NCBI GenBank assembly: GCA_963422735.1
Contig: OY730476.1
Coordinates: 3,296,001-3,360,000 of the forward strand
Origin: Candidatus Latescibacterota bacterium
GTDB taxonomy: Bacteria; Latescibacterota; UBA2968; UBA8231
Length of the DNA: 64,000 bases
Direction: 5' to 3'
The notes beneath the pieces were generated by a model, which worked only from the letters and a program-made list of their open reading frames with translations, had not been told where the DNA came from and ran no database searches. Both the position numbers and the translations under genes were made by a program. Shown piece by piece: positions 43,301 through 51,615 of the stretch. Within the stretch, counting starts at the first letter, position 1. Each line of letters opens with the position of its first letter.

Positions 43301-43814
43301 CCTAGTCGAGGAGGTGCGCAAGCTCTTCGATCGCCGGGGCAATCCCTTTGCCTTTGTCACGCTCAAAGACCTCAAGGGCACGGGCGATATCGCGTTTTTC
43401 TCCGAAGCCTTCGCCAACCACCAACACCTACTCGTGGAAGGCGAAACCATCCTCGTAGATGGCCGCGTCTGCGAGCGCAACGGACGCCTGAGTTTACAGG
43501 CCGACCGCGCCCTGCCCCTCAAATCGGCGCGGGCGGAACTGACCAAGTCCGTCATCTTGTCATTGTCCTACCAGAAAGTGGGCGACCCCCTTCTCAGCCG
43601 GCTGCGCCACCTCTGCGAGCGCCACATGGGCGATTGCGAGTTGTGGCTCCAGCTCAAAAACGGCGACGAGCAGGACAAGATGGTCCGCTCGAAGACGATT
43701 CGCGTCGATCCCTGTGACGATTTGCTGCGCGGCATTGAGGAACTGATCGGTCCCCGATCCACCCGGCTGACGCCCAAGGTGCAAGTGCCCGTGGGCTTCC
43801 ACCATTCCAGTTAA
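40329..43814 (+). CDS. dnaE: DNA polymerase III alpha subunit
   Basis: PHP domain FVHLHGHSEYSLLDG, GPGRGS, MPDIDIDF, LLKMDFLGL, YGFNRSH, C-terminal OB fold; no intein. Confidence 0.97.
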   Translation: MASADFVHLHGHSEYSLLDGGCRIGEMAELAAEHKMPALAITDHGNLFGAIQHYQACQAAGINPIIGCEVYVAIESRHLRQAARGLTHASNHLVLLAQNDTGYRNLTKLVSKGYLEGYYYNPRIDKEILRQHADGLLCLSACVSGEVAHLIQREGVSAAERAAREYMDIFGDNYYLEIQRHANDSKAKVRDDLPKIEAKVNDGLLKLEKKLGLPLVATNDFHFLHAEDHAAHDALICIQTGKKIAETNRMCYPDGLYMKTPEEMYELFGDMPHALENTLEIAEKCDVRFEFGDFKLPTFPKPKGFDDDGQYLTHLANEGLKRRYDHIDDKLQERLDYELNVIVQMGYAGYFLIVWDYVHFARNNGISVGPGRGSTAGCLVAYALGITNTDPIKYNLLFERFLSSERAAMPDIDIDFADTGRDQIIRYVIDKYGEQNVSQVITFATMGAKAVIRDVGRVLGMDFGEVDRIAKLVPNELKISLDKAIDTVPELEQMAAASDEKGQLIAHARRLEGISRHASVHAAAVIVAPSDLTDFVPLYKSPKDGRISTQFDGETCDALGLLKMDFLGLRELSLMDEAVRLIRLRIPDFDLEKIPWDDQATFDLFGRGETIGVFQFESGGMREYLSQLEPDNIEDIIAMNALYRPGPMEMIPRYIARKHGEEPAAYDHPALEPILSDTFGVLVYQEQVMQVAQALASLSLGEAYIMIKAIGKKKPEEMAKMKKAFIDGCLANGVDRKTADKVFAAVEVFSGYGFNRSHSAPYSEVAYKNAYLKANYPKEYMAASLTMARNNTDTLTVLLDECRRMEIPVLPPDANQSSLNFTPTDGGVRYGLAAIKNVGEGAAQRIVETRIADGPFTTLFEFCERIDLRAVNRRVVESLVAAGALDGLEGHRAQKMEALDLALKAAGKAQEDREKGQISLFDGGSSELVVQDLPGVEEWSERDKLAKERDLLGFYISSHPLKPYARDLKNFARPLSEIEGQRNGAPLRVGGLVEEVRKLFDRRGNPFAFVTLKDLKGTGDIAFFSEAFANHQHLLVEGETILVDGRVCERNGRLSLQADRALPLKSARAELTKSVILSLSYQKVGDPLLSRLRHLCERHMGDCELWLQLKNGDEQDKMVRSKTIRVDPCDDLLRGIEELIGPRSTRLTPKVQVPVGFHHSS

Positions 43815-43829
43815 ATACAGGACCGTACT

Positions 43830-44387
43830 ATGTGCGCAATGGCGATCAAAGGGCTTGTGAGCGGGTTGGTACTTCTAGCGCTGGGTTGTGGCTCCCCCGA
43901 GCCTCAAGGGGACAAGCTCTTCCCCCCGCAGTCTGCTAAGTGGAACGACTATCAGGGCCAAAGCGTGGATTTGCGCGATTACGAGGGCAAGGTCGTCTTG
44001 GTCAACTTCTGGGCGACTTGGTGCGGCCCGTGCCGCTACGAGATCCCAGCCTTGGTCGAGATGAGCAACGAGTACGACCCCGAGCAGGTGGCGATCATTG
44101 GCATTTCCTTAGATCAAGGCCCCACCGAGCGCGTCCTACCCCTAATAGGCGAGTTCGTCGGGCGCTTGGCCATCAACTACCCGGTGGTTCACGACAGCCA
44201 ACACGAGCTGCTCCGCGCCTTCTACAAAAAAGACTTGGCGACTGTGCCCGTGCCGCTCACCTTTATTTTTGACCGCGAAGGCCGCGTGTACAAGATGCAC
44301 TTAGGCGTACCGCAAGACAGGAGTGGCCGGCCCAATCCCCGCGGGGTATTAGGCGAGGATATCGATGCCTTGTTGGCCCGCTCTTGA
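43830..44387 (+). CDS. TlpA/ResA-type thiol-disulfide oxidoreductase lipoprotein
   Basis: Lipobox LALGC; VNFWATWCGPC; VPLTFIFD. Confidence 0.88.
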   Translation: MCAMAIKGLVSGLVLLALGCGSPEPQGDKLFPPQSAKWNDYQGQSVDLRDYEGKVVLVNFWATWCGPCRYEIPALVEMSNEYDPEQVAIIGISLDQGPTERVLPLIGEFVGRLAINYPVVHDSQHELLRAFYKKDLATVPVPLTFIFDREGRVYKMHLGVPQDRSGRPNPRGVLGEDIDALLARS

Positions 44388-44476
44388 TTAGTGGTTAGTG
44401 GTTAGTGGCCACTCCCAACCCCCTCGGCCCTTGCGGTGCAGGGACTAACTACTGCTCACTGGCCACCAACCACTAA
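44388..44476. repeat. Heptamer-based inverted repeat element
   Basis: (TTAGTGG)x3 at 44388-44408 and an inverted arm TGGCCACCAACCACTAA ending at 44476. Confidence 0.7.
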
Positions 44477-44481
44477 GAGCG

Positions 44482-44518
44482 AAAGAAGGGATGGTCCGCA
44501 TGGGACCATCCCTTCTTT
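44482..44518. terminator. Bidirectional terminator between convergent genes
   Basis: AAAGAAGGGATGGTCC-GCATG-GGACCATCCCTTCTTT. Confidence 0.85.
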
Positions 44519-44542
44519 GCATGTAGGCGATTGCGCATTGCC

Positions 44543-44836
44543 CTAGTGGTTGGAGTAGTGCTCCTCTAATACTTGCTTGCCGTGGCGCTGGACCAGCACC
44601 TCTTTGAACTTAGCAATGGAGTCGCCGGCGCGCAGGTGCTCGAGCATCGCGCTCTTGGACATGACCATCATCTTGCCATTTTTGTAGTCGGGGAAGCGAC
44701 AAAAGCTGGATTCGACTGGCTCGCCAGTGACGCAGCAGGTGTCTTCCATCTCTAGCTCGACCTGCGTGCCGGGGTCAAACGAAAATTCAGTGTTGTCGTC
44801 GTCGCTGTTGGATTGGATTTTTTTGGGTCGTGCCAT
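44543..44836 (-). CDS. Small hypothetical protein (97 aa)
   Basis: GAGGAG RBS before MARPKK; followed by a terminator; contains TCCVTGEP..FCRFP. Confidence 0.7.
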   Translation of the reverse strand: MARPKKIQSNSDDDNTEFSFDPGTQVELEMEDTCCVTGEPVESSFCRFPDYKNGKMMVMSKSAMLEHLRAGDSIAKFKEVLVQRHGKQVLEEHYSNH

Positions 44837-44893
44837 GCTGTTCTCCTCGTGAAATGAACTTAAAAAATAAGGAAATACCACCGCTGAGCAAGC

Positions 44894-45655
44894 TCAGTAC
44901 GGCAGATCGTCAAAGCGCGACAGCACGTCCGGCCCGTCGTTGGTGACGGCCACGGTGTGCTCGTATTGAGCCGAGAGCTTGCCGTCGGCTGTGACGGCCG
45001 TCCAGTCGTCGTCGAGCACGCACGTGTCGTGTGCGCCCTCGTTGACCATCGGCTCAATGGTGAAGACCATGCCGTTTTGCAGGCGACGGCCCGTGCCGGC
45101 CTTGCCGTAGTGGAGCAACTGGGGTTCCTCGTGGAAGTTGCGGCCAATGCCGTGGCCGCAGTACGTGCGCACGATGGAAAAGCCGTGCGCTTCGACATAG
45201 CTTTGGATGGCGTGGCCAATGTCGCCGAGGCGTCGCCCGGGCGTGCAAGCGGCCAATCCCTCCTCTAAGCTCTGGCGCGTGGCGTTGAGCAGGCGTTGGG
45301 CCTTGGGGGTCACGCAGCCGGCTTTCAAGGTGACGTTCATGTCGCCGTGGAAGCCATCCTTTTTAACGGCAATGTCAACGGCGAGGATGTCCCCGTCTTG
45401 CAGGACGCGGGATCCGGGGATGCCGTGGACGACTTCGTCGTTGACCGAGATGCAGATGCTTCGTGGAAAGCCGCGGTAGCCTAAGGCACTGGCAACCGCC
45501 CCTTGGCTGCGGATGTAGCGGTCAGCTATTTGGTCGAGGTGGAGGGTAGTAACCCCGGGCGCGAGGACTTCTTCGACGCGGAGCATAGCTTCGGCGGCAA
45601 TGCGACAACTGGCGCGGATGCGGTTGATTTCCAAGGCTGATTTGAGATGTATCAT
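44894..45655 (-). CDS. map: Methionine aminopeptidase type I
   Basis: CISVNDEVVHGIP, DGFHGD, GHGIG..FHEEP, FTIEPM, SAQYEHT. Confidence 0.96.
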   Translation of the reverse strand: MIHLKSALEINRIRASCRIAAEAMLRVEEVLAPGVTTLHLDQIADRYIRSQGAVASALGYRGFPRSICISVNDEVVHGIPGSRVLQDGDILAVDIAVKKDGFHGDMNVTLKAGCVTPKAQRLLNATRQSLEEGLAACTPGRRLGDIGHAIQSYVEAHGFSIVRTYCGHGIGRNFHEEPQLLHYGKAGTGRRLQNGMVFTIEPMVNEGAHDTCVLDDDWTAVTADGKLSAQYEHTVAVTNDGPDVLSRFDDLPY

Positions 45656-45736
45656 AGAGATTAAAAATCGGGCATTGAGCGGAAAAATGTCAAGCTCTTA
45701 ACTTAGCGACTACGAAAACGCAACTAGCTAGCGACC

Positions 45737-46759
45737 ATGAAAACGCCCCGAGTATCTGTTCTACTCCCTGTGTTCAATGCATCTACCACGCTGGCGGAAA
45801 CTTTGCAGAGCATCCAAGCGCAGAGCTGCGAAGATTTTGAGGTCGTGGCCATAGACGACGGCTCGGAGGACGGGAGCGGGGACATACTATTAGAATGGAG
45901 TCGCCGCGATCCTCGCTTTAGGGTTTTGCTCACCGACCACCAAGGCATTGTCGAGGCCCCTAACCGGGGCTTGGCCTTGTGTCAGAGCGCGTACGTGGCA
46001 CGCATGGACGCCGACGACCGGATGCACCCCGAGCGCTTGGAAAAACAACTTGCTTGGTTGGAAAGAGATCTTGGCTTGAGCGTAGTGAGTTGCTTGGTGG
46101 AGATTTTTCCGCGCGAGGAGACCGGGGAGGGGATGTTGGTGTACGAGGCTTGGTTGAACGGCTTGGTGGATAGCGCAGAGATTGAACGAGAGTTTTTCGT
46201 CGAGAGTCCCATCGCCAATCCGTCGGCCATGATGCGCCGCGAGGACTTGGTGGACTTGGGGGGCTACCAAGATCGGGGATGGCCGGAGGACTACGATTTG
46301 TGGTTGCGCTATCGGGCGGCGGGCCGGTGCTTTGCCAAGGTGCCGGAGGTCTTGCACTACTGGCGCGAGCATCCGCGGCGGGCCACACACGTGCAAGGCC
46401 GCTATTCAGTGGAAAATTTCCTCCGCGCTAAAGCGCATTATCTTTGCGCCGGGCCGCTGCAAGAGCGAGACGGGCTAGCAGTCTGGGGTGCGGGCAAGAC
46501 CGGCCGACGGCTCGCCAAACACTTGGAACGCGAAGGCCGCGCTCCCGATGTGTTTGTCGATATCGCGCCCAAGAAAATCGGCGGCACCTTGCGGCGCAAG
46601 TCCGTAATTGGGCCGGAGGACTTGCTGGCTTGGTGGACGCGCCACGAGCGGCCGATTCTATTGGCGGCTGTGGCGTCGCGGGGAGCGCGGGCGCTGATTC
46701 GGGAGGCGTTGGATGGATGGGGGCTGATAGAGGGGAATGATTTTTTATGTGTGGCTTAA
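45737..46759 (+). CDS. Glycosyltransferase family 2
   Basis: VSVLLPVFN, IDDGSEDGS, ARMDADD, EDYDLWLR. Confidence 0.9.
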   Translation: MKTPRVSVLLPVFNASTTLAETLQSIQAQSCEDFEVVAIDDGSEDGSGDILLEWSRRDPRFRVLLTDHQGIVEAPNRGLALCQSAYVARMDADDRMHPERLEKQLAWLERDLGLSVVSCLVEIFPREETGEGMLVYEAWLNGLVDSAEIEREFFVESPIANPSAMMRREDLVDLGGYQDRGWPEDYDLWLRYRAAGRCFAKVPEVLHYWREHPRRATHVQGRYSVENFLRAKAHYLCAGPLQERDGLAVWGAGKTGRRLAKHLEREGRAPDVFVDIAPKKIGGTLRRKSVIGPEDLLAWWTRHERPILLAAVASRGARALIREALDGWGLIEGNDFLCVA

Positions 46760-46781
46760 CAAGAACAAGAAAGGAAGCAAT

Positions 46782-47591
46782 ATGACGGTGCAATACGCTC
46801 TCAACACATCGACGATCCGCCCGGCGTCGCTGATGGAGAAAATCCGCATCGCCGGACAGACCGGCTACGAGGGTATCGAACTGTGGAGCGATGACTTGAC
46901 TGCACACGAGCAGCAGGGTGGCTCGTGCGCGGACGTGCGGCAGGCACTGGCCGACTACGGGTTGGCGGTGCCGACCGTCATTGCGGTCCATGGCTGGTTG
47001 GGGTCTGAGGGCGCGGCGCGGGCGCAGGCGTTGGAAGAGGTTCGGCGGCGGATGTCGCAGGCGGTAGCGGTGGGGGCCGAGTTTATCGTCGCCAGCCCGT
47101 CGCTAGATACCTGCGACTTGAGCCGGGGCGGTGCCGATTACCGCGAATTGCTGGAGATCGGCAAAGAAATCGGTGTGCGGCCTGCTATGGAGTACCTAGG
47201 CTTTGTACAAAGCGTGTACACTATTGACCAAGCTTGGCAGATTGCCGAGGACGCCGACCATCCAGATGTAAGTTTGATCATGGATACGTTCCACATTCTA
47301 CGCGGCGGCGGATCCATTGCGAGCATTGCCAAGGTGCCCGGTGCCAAGGTTGCGGTCTGGCACTGGAACGACGCCCCAGGTGGCAAACCCTTTGCCGAAC
47401 AAAGCGACGCCGACCGGGTGATGCCGGGCGACGGGGTCGGGCCACTGCGCGAGATCGAGCGGCTGGCACGAGCGCAGGGATACGAGGGGTTTGTGTCGTT
47501 GGAGTTGTTTAATCCGGGGCTATGGGAACAGGATCCGGCGGATGTCGCCCGGATTGGTTTGGAGAAGATGCGGGCGTATTTCGCCGGCTAA
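46782..47591 (+). CDS. Sugar phosphate isomerase/epimerase (xylose-isomerase-like TIM barrel)
   Basis: GYEGIELW, AMEYLG, MDTFH, HWNDAP, RVMPGDG, SLELFN. Confidence 0.85.
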   Translation: MTVQYALNTSTIRPASLMEKIRIAGQTGYEGIELWSDDLTAHEQQGGSCADVRQALADYGLAVPTVIAVHGWLGSEGAARAQALEEVRRRMSQAVAVGAEFIVASPSLDTCDLSRGGADYRELLEIGKEIGVRPAMEYLGFVQSVYTIDQAWQIAEDADHPDVSLIMDTFHILRGGGSIASIAKVPGAKVAVWHWNDAPGGKPFAEQSDADRVMPGDGVGPLREIERLARAQGYEGFVSLELFNPGLWEQDPADVARIGLEKMRAYFAG

Positions 47592-47609
47592 GTGCAGCCC
47601 ACCCCCGTC

Positions 47610-48113
47610 CTATAACCCCAGAATCTCGCGCGTTTTTTGCGGCAGCGCCCGCCAGTTGGCGATGAGGTAACGGTTGCCATCGACATCCTCGATGATGGCC
47701 CGGCCGCCGGAGAGCATGCGCACATTGGTGCGATAGCTGCGGATTTCGAGCTGGCGAGGGCCGCTGGTGGTTTCGATCTGGCCGCGCAGCACCCCGAATT
47801 CCTCGTCGAGATTGTTGAAAGCGAGGACCTGCGGGTGGAAGTAAATCTTCCCGAGCTCGTCTAGGAGTGCTTGGCGGCTTTGGTCGTCGAGCTGCTGCGG
47901 GTCTTCGATTATGCCGAGTTCTTGGTCTTCGGCGGCAAAGACGCCGACATAGCGGTCGGACTCTTCTAACGGGAAGGCGCGGCGGATCTTGAGGTCAGTG
48001 TATTCCTCACCGTCGAGTCTGAGAATCAAGCTGCCTCGCTCGGAGCGGCTGAAGCGCATCTTTCGCGGGTTGAGCAGAAAATCCTCGTAGGAATAGCTGT
48101 GTGTCTCGCTCAT
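47610..48113 (-). CDS. DUF1854-like protein
   Basis: RRAFPLEESDRYV..ELGIIEDP..IETTSGPR..IEDVDGNRYLI; overlaps the ABC transporter stop. Confidence 0.75.
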   Translation of the reverse strand: MSETHSYSYEDFLLNPRKMRFSRSERGSLILRLDGEEYTDLKIRRAFPLEESDRYVGVFAAEDQELGIIEDPQQLDDQSRQALLDELGKIYFHPQVLAFNNLDEEFGVLRGQIETTSGPRQLEIRSYRTNVRMLSGGRAIIEDVDGNRYLIANWRALPQKTREILGL

Positions 48114-50401
48114 AGCGCCCGTACTTTCGCCATTTCGGTTTGCATATTGACCAGCCGGCGATAGACGCCGTCCTCCATATTGAGCAACTCTTCGTGGGTG
48201 CCGACCTCGGCGATGCGCCCTCGTTCTAACACCAGCAGTCGGTCGGCGTTTTTTAGCGTTGAGAGCCGGTGGGCGATGGCAAAAGTCGTGCGGCCGGCGA
48301 CTAGCCGCTCAAGCGCTTCCTGGATCTCGAATTCGGTCTGGGTATCAACCGAGGCGGTGGCCTCGTCGAGGATCAGGATGCGCGGATTGCCGATTAGGGC
48401 GCGGGCAATAGAAATTCGCTGGCGCTCTCCGCCGGAGAGCCGACCACCGCGCTCTCCGACTTGGGTGTCGTAGCCATCGGGAAAACTCATGATGAACTTG
48501 TGGGCGTTGGCCGCGCGGGCCGCCTCGATGACCTCTTGGCGCGTCGCGTTGGGGTGGCCGTAGGCGATATTGCTGGCGATGGAGCCTTGGAAAAGCAAAG
48601 GCTCTTGCAAGACCACGCCGATTTGGCCGCGCAGTGCCTGCTGTTTGAGCCGGGTAATAGGGTGCCCGTCGATGCGGACTTGGCCATCAGTGGCATCGTA
48701 GAACCGCGAAATGAGGTTGACCAAGGTTGACTTGCCAGCACCGCTGGGACCAACGATGCCGATCATCTCGCCGGGTTGGGCCTTAAAGTGGATGCGGTCT
48801 AGTATCCTAGCTGAGCCGTCGTACGTGAAGCTGACGTTGCGAAACTCTACTTCGCCTGTAAGCAGGCCGGGATCCATGGCGTCGGGGTCATCTTGGACTT
48901 CGGGCTCGGTGTCGATGATCTCAAAGACGCGCTCGGCGGTTGTCGCCGCAGCCTCTAGCTGCTCGGTGAGGTTGCACAGCGAGCGCACCGGCGCGTAGAA
49001 CATGACCATGTACGAGATAAAAGCCTGCAACTCGCCCAAGGTCAGCGCGTTGCCGAGCACTCGGTTGCCGCCGAACCACCACAGGATAATTGAGCCGACT
49101 GAGGTGGTAAAGGAGATCGTCGGAATGTAATAGGATCGCATCTTGAAGGCGGTCATCCGCGATTCGCGCAGGTCAATATTGCGCTCGTTGAAGCGGTCGA
49201 GTTCGCGGTCTTCTTGGGCAAAGGCTTTGACGACCTTAGCACCGGGGATGGTGTCGGCGAGCATGGCGTTGAGAGTAGCGATGCGACGCCATATTCGGTG
49301 GAAAACCCAGTGGATGCGGTTGCGGTAGATAATGGTGCCGATGATCATGAAGGGAATTGGGATTAGCGACAAAAGCGCCAATTCCCAATTCATTACAAAT
49401 AGCATCGTGCAGATGCCGACGATGGTCAGCCCGTCGATGACGATGTCTTGGAACCCCGAGGTGATAAAGCTGCGCATGCGCTCGGTGTCGCTGGTGACTC
49501 GGGTCATGATCCGACCGGTGCTGAGCTTGTTGTAGAACGTCAGTGACAGCGCTTGCAAGTGTTGGAAAATTTGCATCTGCAAATCGTACACGACGCGCTG
49601 GCCGAGCCACCCTAGAGCGTACATCCGTACGCCGCTGATGATGCCGCGGCCGATGTAGATACCGAGCAGGCCGATCACGACCCACAGCAGGAATTGGACG
49701 CTCGCGGTCGGGGCCGAAGTTGCCTCGCCCTCGGCGATGCCCGCGGCCTCGTATTCGCCGAGGACCGGGATGATGACATCGTCGATGAGGATGCGGTTGA
49801 GCTGGGGTGGCAGCAGGCCGATGGCCGTCAGCACAATCGTCAGCGTGAACCCGATCAGTGCCCGGCTTTTATAGGGCTTGATATAGGAAAACAACCGCCA
49901 GAAGGTCTCGGTCTGGCGCAGGCAGTTGGGGCAGACTTTGGAGCCGGAGCGGAGCGCGCGGCCGCAGGTGGGGCAGTGCTCTACTACTTTGACCGGATCG
50001 ACATGTGGCGGTGCGTCCTCCTCTGCGTCTTCTTCCTTGACCAAGCCAGCACCTTCGATGGCTTGGGGCACTCCGGAGAATTTGTAGTACGCACTCTGCG
50101 AAAAGCGCAGCAGTTCGACAGTTTCATCCTCTAACTCGACGACGAGTGCACCGCTGCCCACGTAGTTGCGGGTCTGGATGCCTTGCACTTCGTCCAAGCC
50201 GAGACGCACGGTCTCGGGTTTATCTGCGCCATTGGGGTGAAAGACGAGCATCCGCTCATCGGTGAGAGCAAACCAAGAGTCGCCGTACTGGCCGTCGGGA
50301 CGAATGTCGGCGGCTAGGAGGACGATGAGCAGCTCGCCGGGTTGCAATTCGCCGCGGATGTGGGGCAATAGGCGTTCGGGTATCGGTTCGACTAGATCCA
50401 A
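48110..50401 (-). CDS. ABC exporter (fused TMD+NBD) with N-terminal extension and zinc ribbon
   Basis: CPTC..CPNC, TM domain, GPSGAGKST, LSGGERQR, ILDEATAS, IAHRLST. Confidence 0.92.
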   Translation of the reverse strand: MDLVEPIPERLLPHIRGELQPGELLIVLLAADIRPDGQYGDSWFALTDERMLVFHPNGADKPETVRLGLDEVQGIQTRNYVGSGALVVELEDETVELLRFSQSAYYKFSGVPQAIEGAGLVKEEDAEEDAPPHVDPVKVVEHCPTCGRALRSGSKVCPNCLRQTETFWRLFSYIKPYKSRALIGFTLTIVLTAIGLLPPQLNRILIDDVIIPVLGEYEAAGIAEGEATSAPTASVQFLLWVVIGLLGIYIGRGIISGVRMYALGWLGQRVVYDLQMQIFQHLQALSLTFYNKLSTGRIMTRVTSDTERMRSFITSGFQDIVIDGLTIVGICTMLFVMNWELALLSLIPIPFMIIGTIIYRNRIHWVFHRIWRRIATLNAMLADTIPGAKVVKAFAQEDRELDRFNERNIDLRESRMTAFKMRSYYIPTISFTTSVGSIILWWFGGNRVLGNALTLGELQAFISYMVMFYAPVRSLCNLTEQLEAAATTAERVFEIIDTEPEVQDDPDAMDPGLLTGEVEFRNVSFTYDGSARILDRIHFKAQPGEMIGIVGPSGAGKSTLVNLISRFYDATDGQVRIDGHPITRLKQQALRGQIGVVLQEPLLFQGSIASNIAYGHPNATRQEVIEAARAANAHKFIMSFPDGYDTQVGERGGRLSGGERQRISIARALIGNPRILILDEATASVDTQTEFEIQEALERLVAGRTTFAIAHRLSTLKNADRLLVLERGRIAEVGTHEELLNMEDGVYRRLVNMQTEMAKVRAL

Positions 50402-50610
50402 AACGAGCCTATCCTATTGTTTAAACCGTGATTTGTATTGGGGGAGGAGTGAGGCTCCAAGGAGGGCGAGAGACTATGTGGGCGTCACTATCTAAAATTA
50501 AGAGTTTTTAACAAAAGGGCAAACTCGGTGCGACTCAAGCGAGTTGCCCGATGGTTGTTTAATGGTTGTATTGAGAGCGCACGACAAAGCAACCAAAAAA
50601 GAGGAAGGCT

Positions 50611-51615
50611 ATGACTATTAGCCAAGAGGAACTGAAGGGGCGGTTGGCCGCTTTGCCGCGGTTGCAGCTAGCGTCCTTGCCCACGCCCTTGGAACAACTA
50701 AAGCGCCTTAGCACCCACCTAGCCGGCCCGCAAATTTGGGTCAAGCGCGACGATTTGACCGGCTTGGCTTTTGGCGGCAACAAGATCCGCGAGTTTGAAT
50801 ACCAGATCGCCCAAGCCGTAGAGCAGGGCTGCGACGTGCTGGTACACTCGGCCGCCGCCCAGTCGAATCAATCGCGGCAGACGGCCGCAGTGGCCGCAAA
50901 ATTGGGGCTATCTGCGGTGGTCGTCGGCCGCGACGACGCCCACGCACAGACGCAGGGGAACCTGCTGTTGACTCGCCTCTTTGGTGCAGAGGTGGAGCTG
51001 CCAGCACCCGATGAGCAGGCACAGGCCGTGGCCGCGAAGATGGCCGCGCTGACCGCGGCTGGCCGCCGCCCCTTCCACACCAGCTCGGACGCGCGCATCT
51101 TCCGCAGTGTAGCGTACGTCGATGGGGCGTTAGAACTATTGGCCCAATGCGAAGAACAAGGCGTTGAACCAGCGGCGATCTACCTGTGCTCCGGGGCGCA
51201 TACCCACGTGGGGTTGGTGGTGGCGTTCAAGGCACTGGGCATCGATATGAGGGTGGTTGGCATCAGCCCCTCACCGCGCGACGACCAGCAGGCGGCAAAG
51301 GGGCATCTCTCGCTGGGGCGGGAATGCGCCGAAATCTTGGGGCTAGATCTCTCGCTGAAGGCGGAGGATTTCGAGAGTTACGCCGCGTTTGTCGGTCCGG
51401 ACTACGGCGTCGTAACCGCCGAGAGTTGCCAAGCACTACACTTGGTGGCGCAGCAGGAAGGACTGTTGCTCGATCCTTCCTATACCAGTAAAGCCATGGC
51501 CGGGCTTTTGGCGCATGTGCGCGCTGGTTGGTGGCGTCCCGAGCAGAGCCTTATTTTTCTCCACACCGGTGGTACGCCCGCGCTTTTTGCTTACGCCAAG
51601 GACTTGGGCTACTGA
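50611..51615 (+). CDS. D-cysteine desulfhydrase / ACC deaminase family PLP enzyme
   Basis: LPTPLE, WVKRDDLTGLAFGGNKIR, QSN, EGLLLDPSYTSKAM, FLHTGG. Confidence 0.88.
   Translation: MTISQEELKGRLAALPRLQLASLPTPLEQLKRLSTHLAGPQIWVKRDDLTGLAFGGNKIREFEYQIAQAVEQGCDVLVHSAAAQSNQSRQTAAVAAKLGLSAVVVGRDDAHAQTQGNLLLTRLFGAEVELPAPDEQAQAVAAKMAALTAAGRRPFHTSSDARIFRSVAYVDGALELLAQCEEQGVEPAAIYLCSGAHTHVGLVVAFKALGIDMRVVGISPSPRDDQQAAKGHLSLGRECAEILGLDLSLKAEDFESYAAFVGPDYGVVTAESCQALHLVAQQEGLLLDPSYTSKAMAGLLAHVRAGWWRPEQSLIFLHTGGTPALFAYAKDLGY

Noticed and set aside
44388-44518. Possible CRISPR array
   Set aside because: No repeat-spacer periodicity and no cas genes; only heptamers and hairpins.
50517-50550. Imperfect inverted repeat GGGCAAACTCG...CGAGTTGCCC in a divergent promoter region
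   Set aside because: Single imperfect copy; cannot be assigned as an operator or RNA element.
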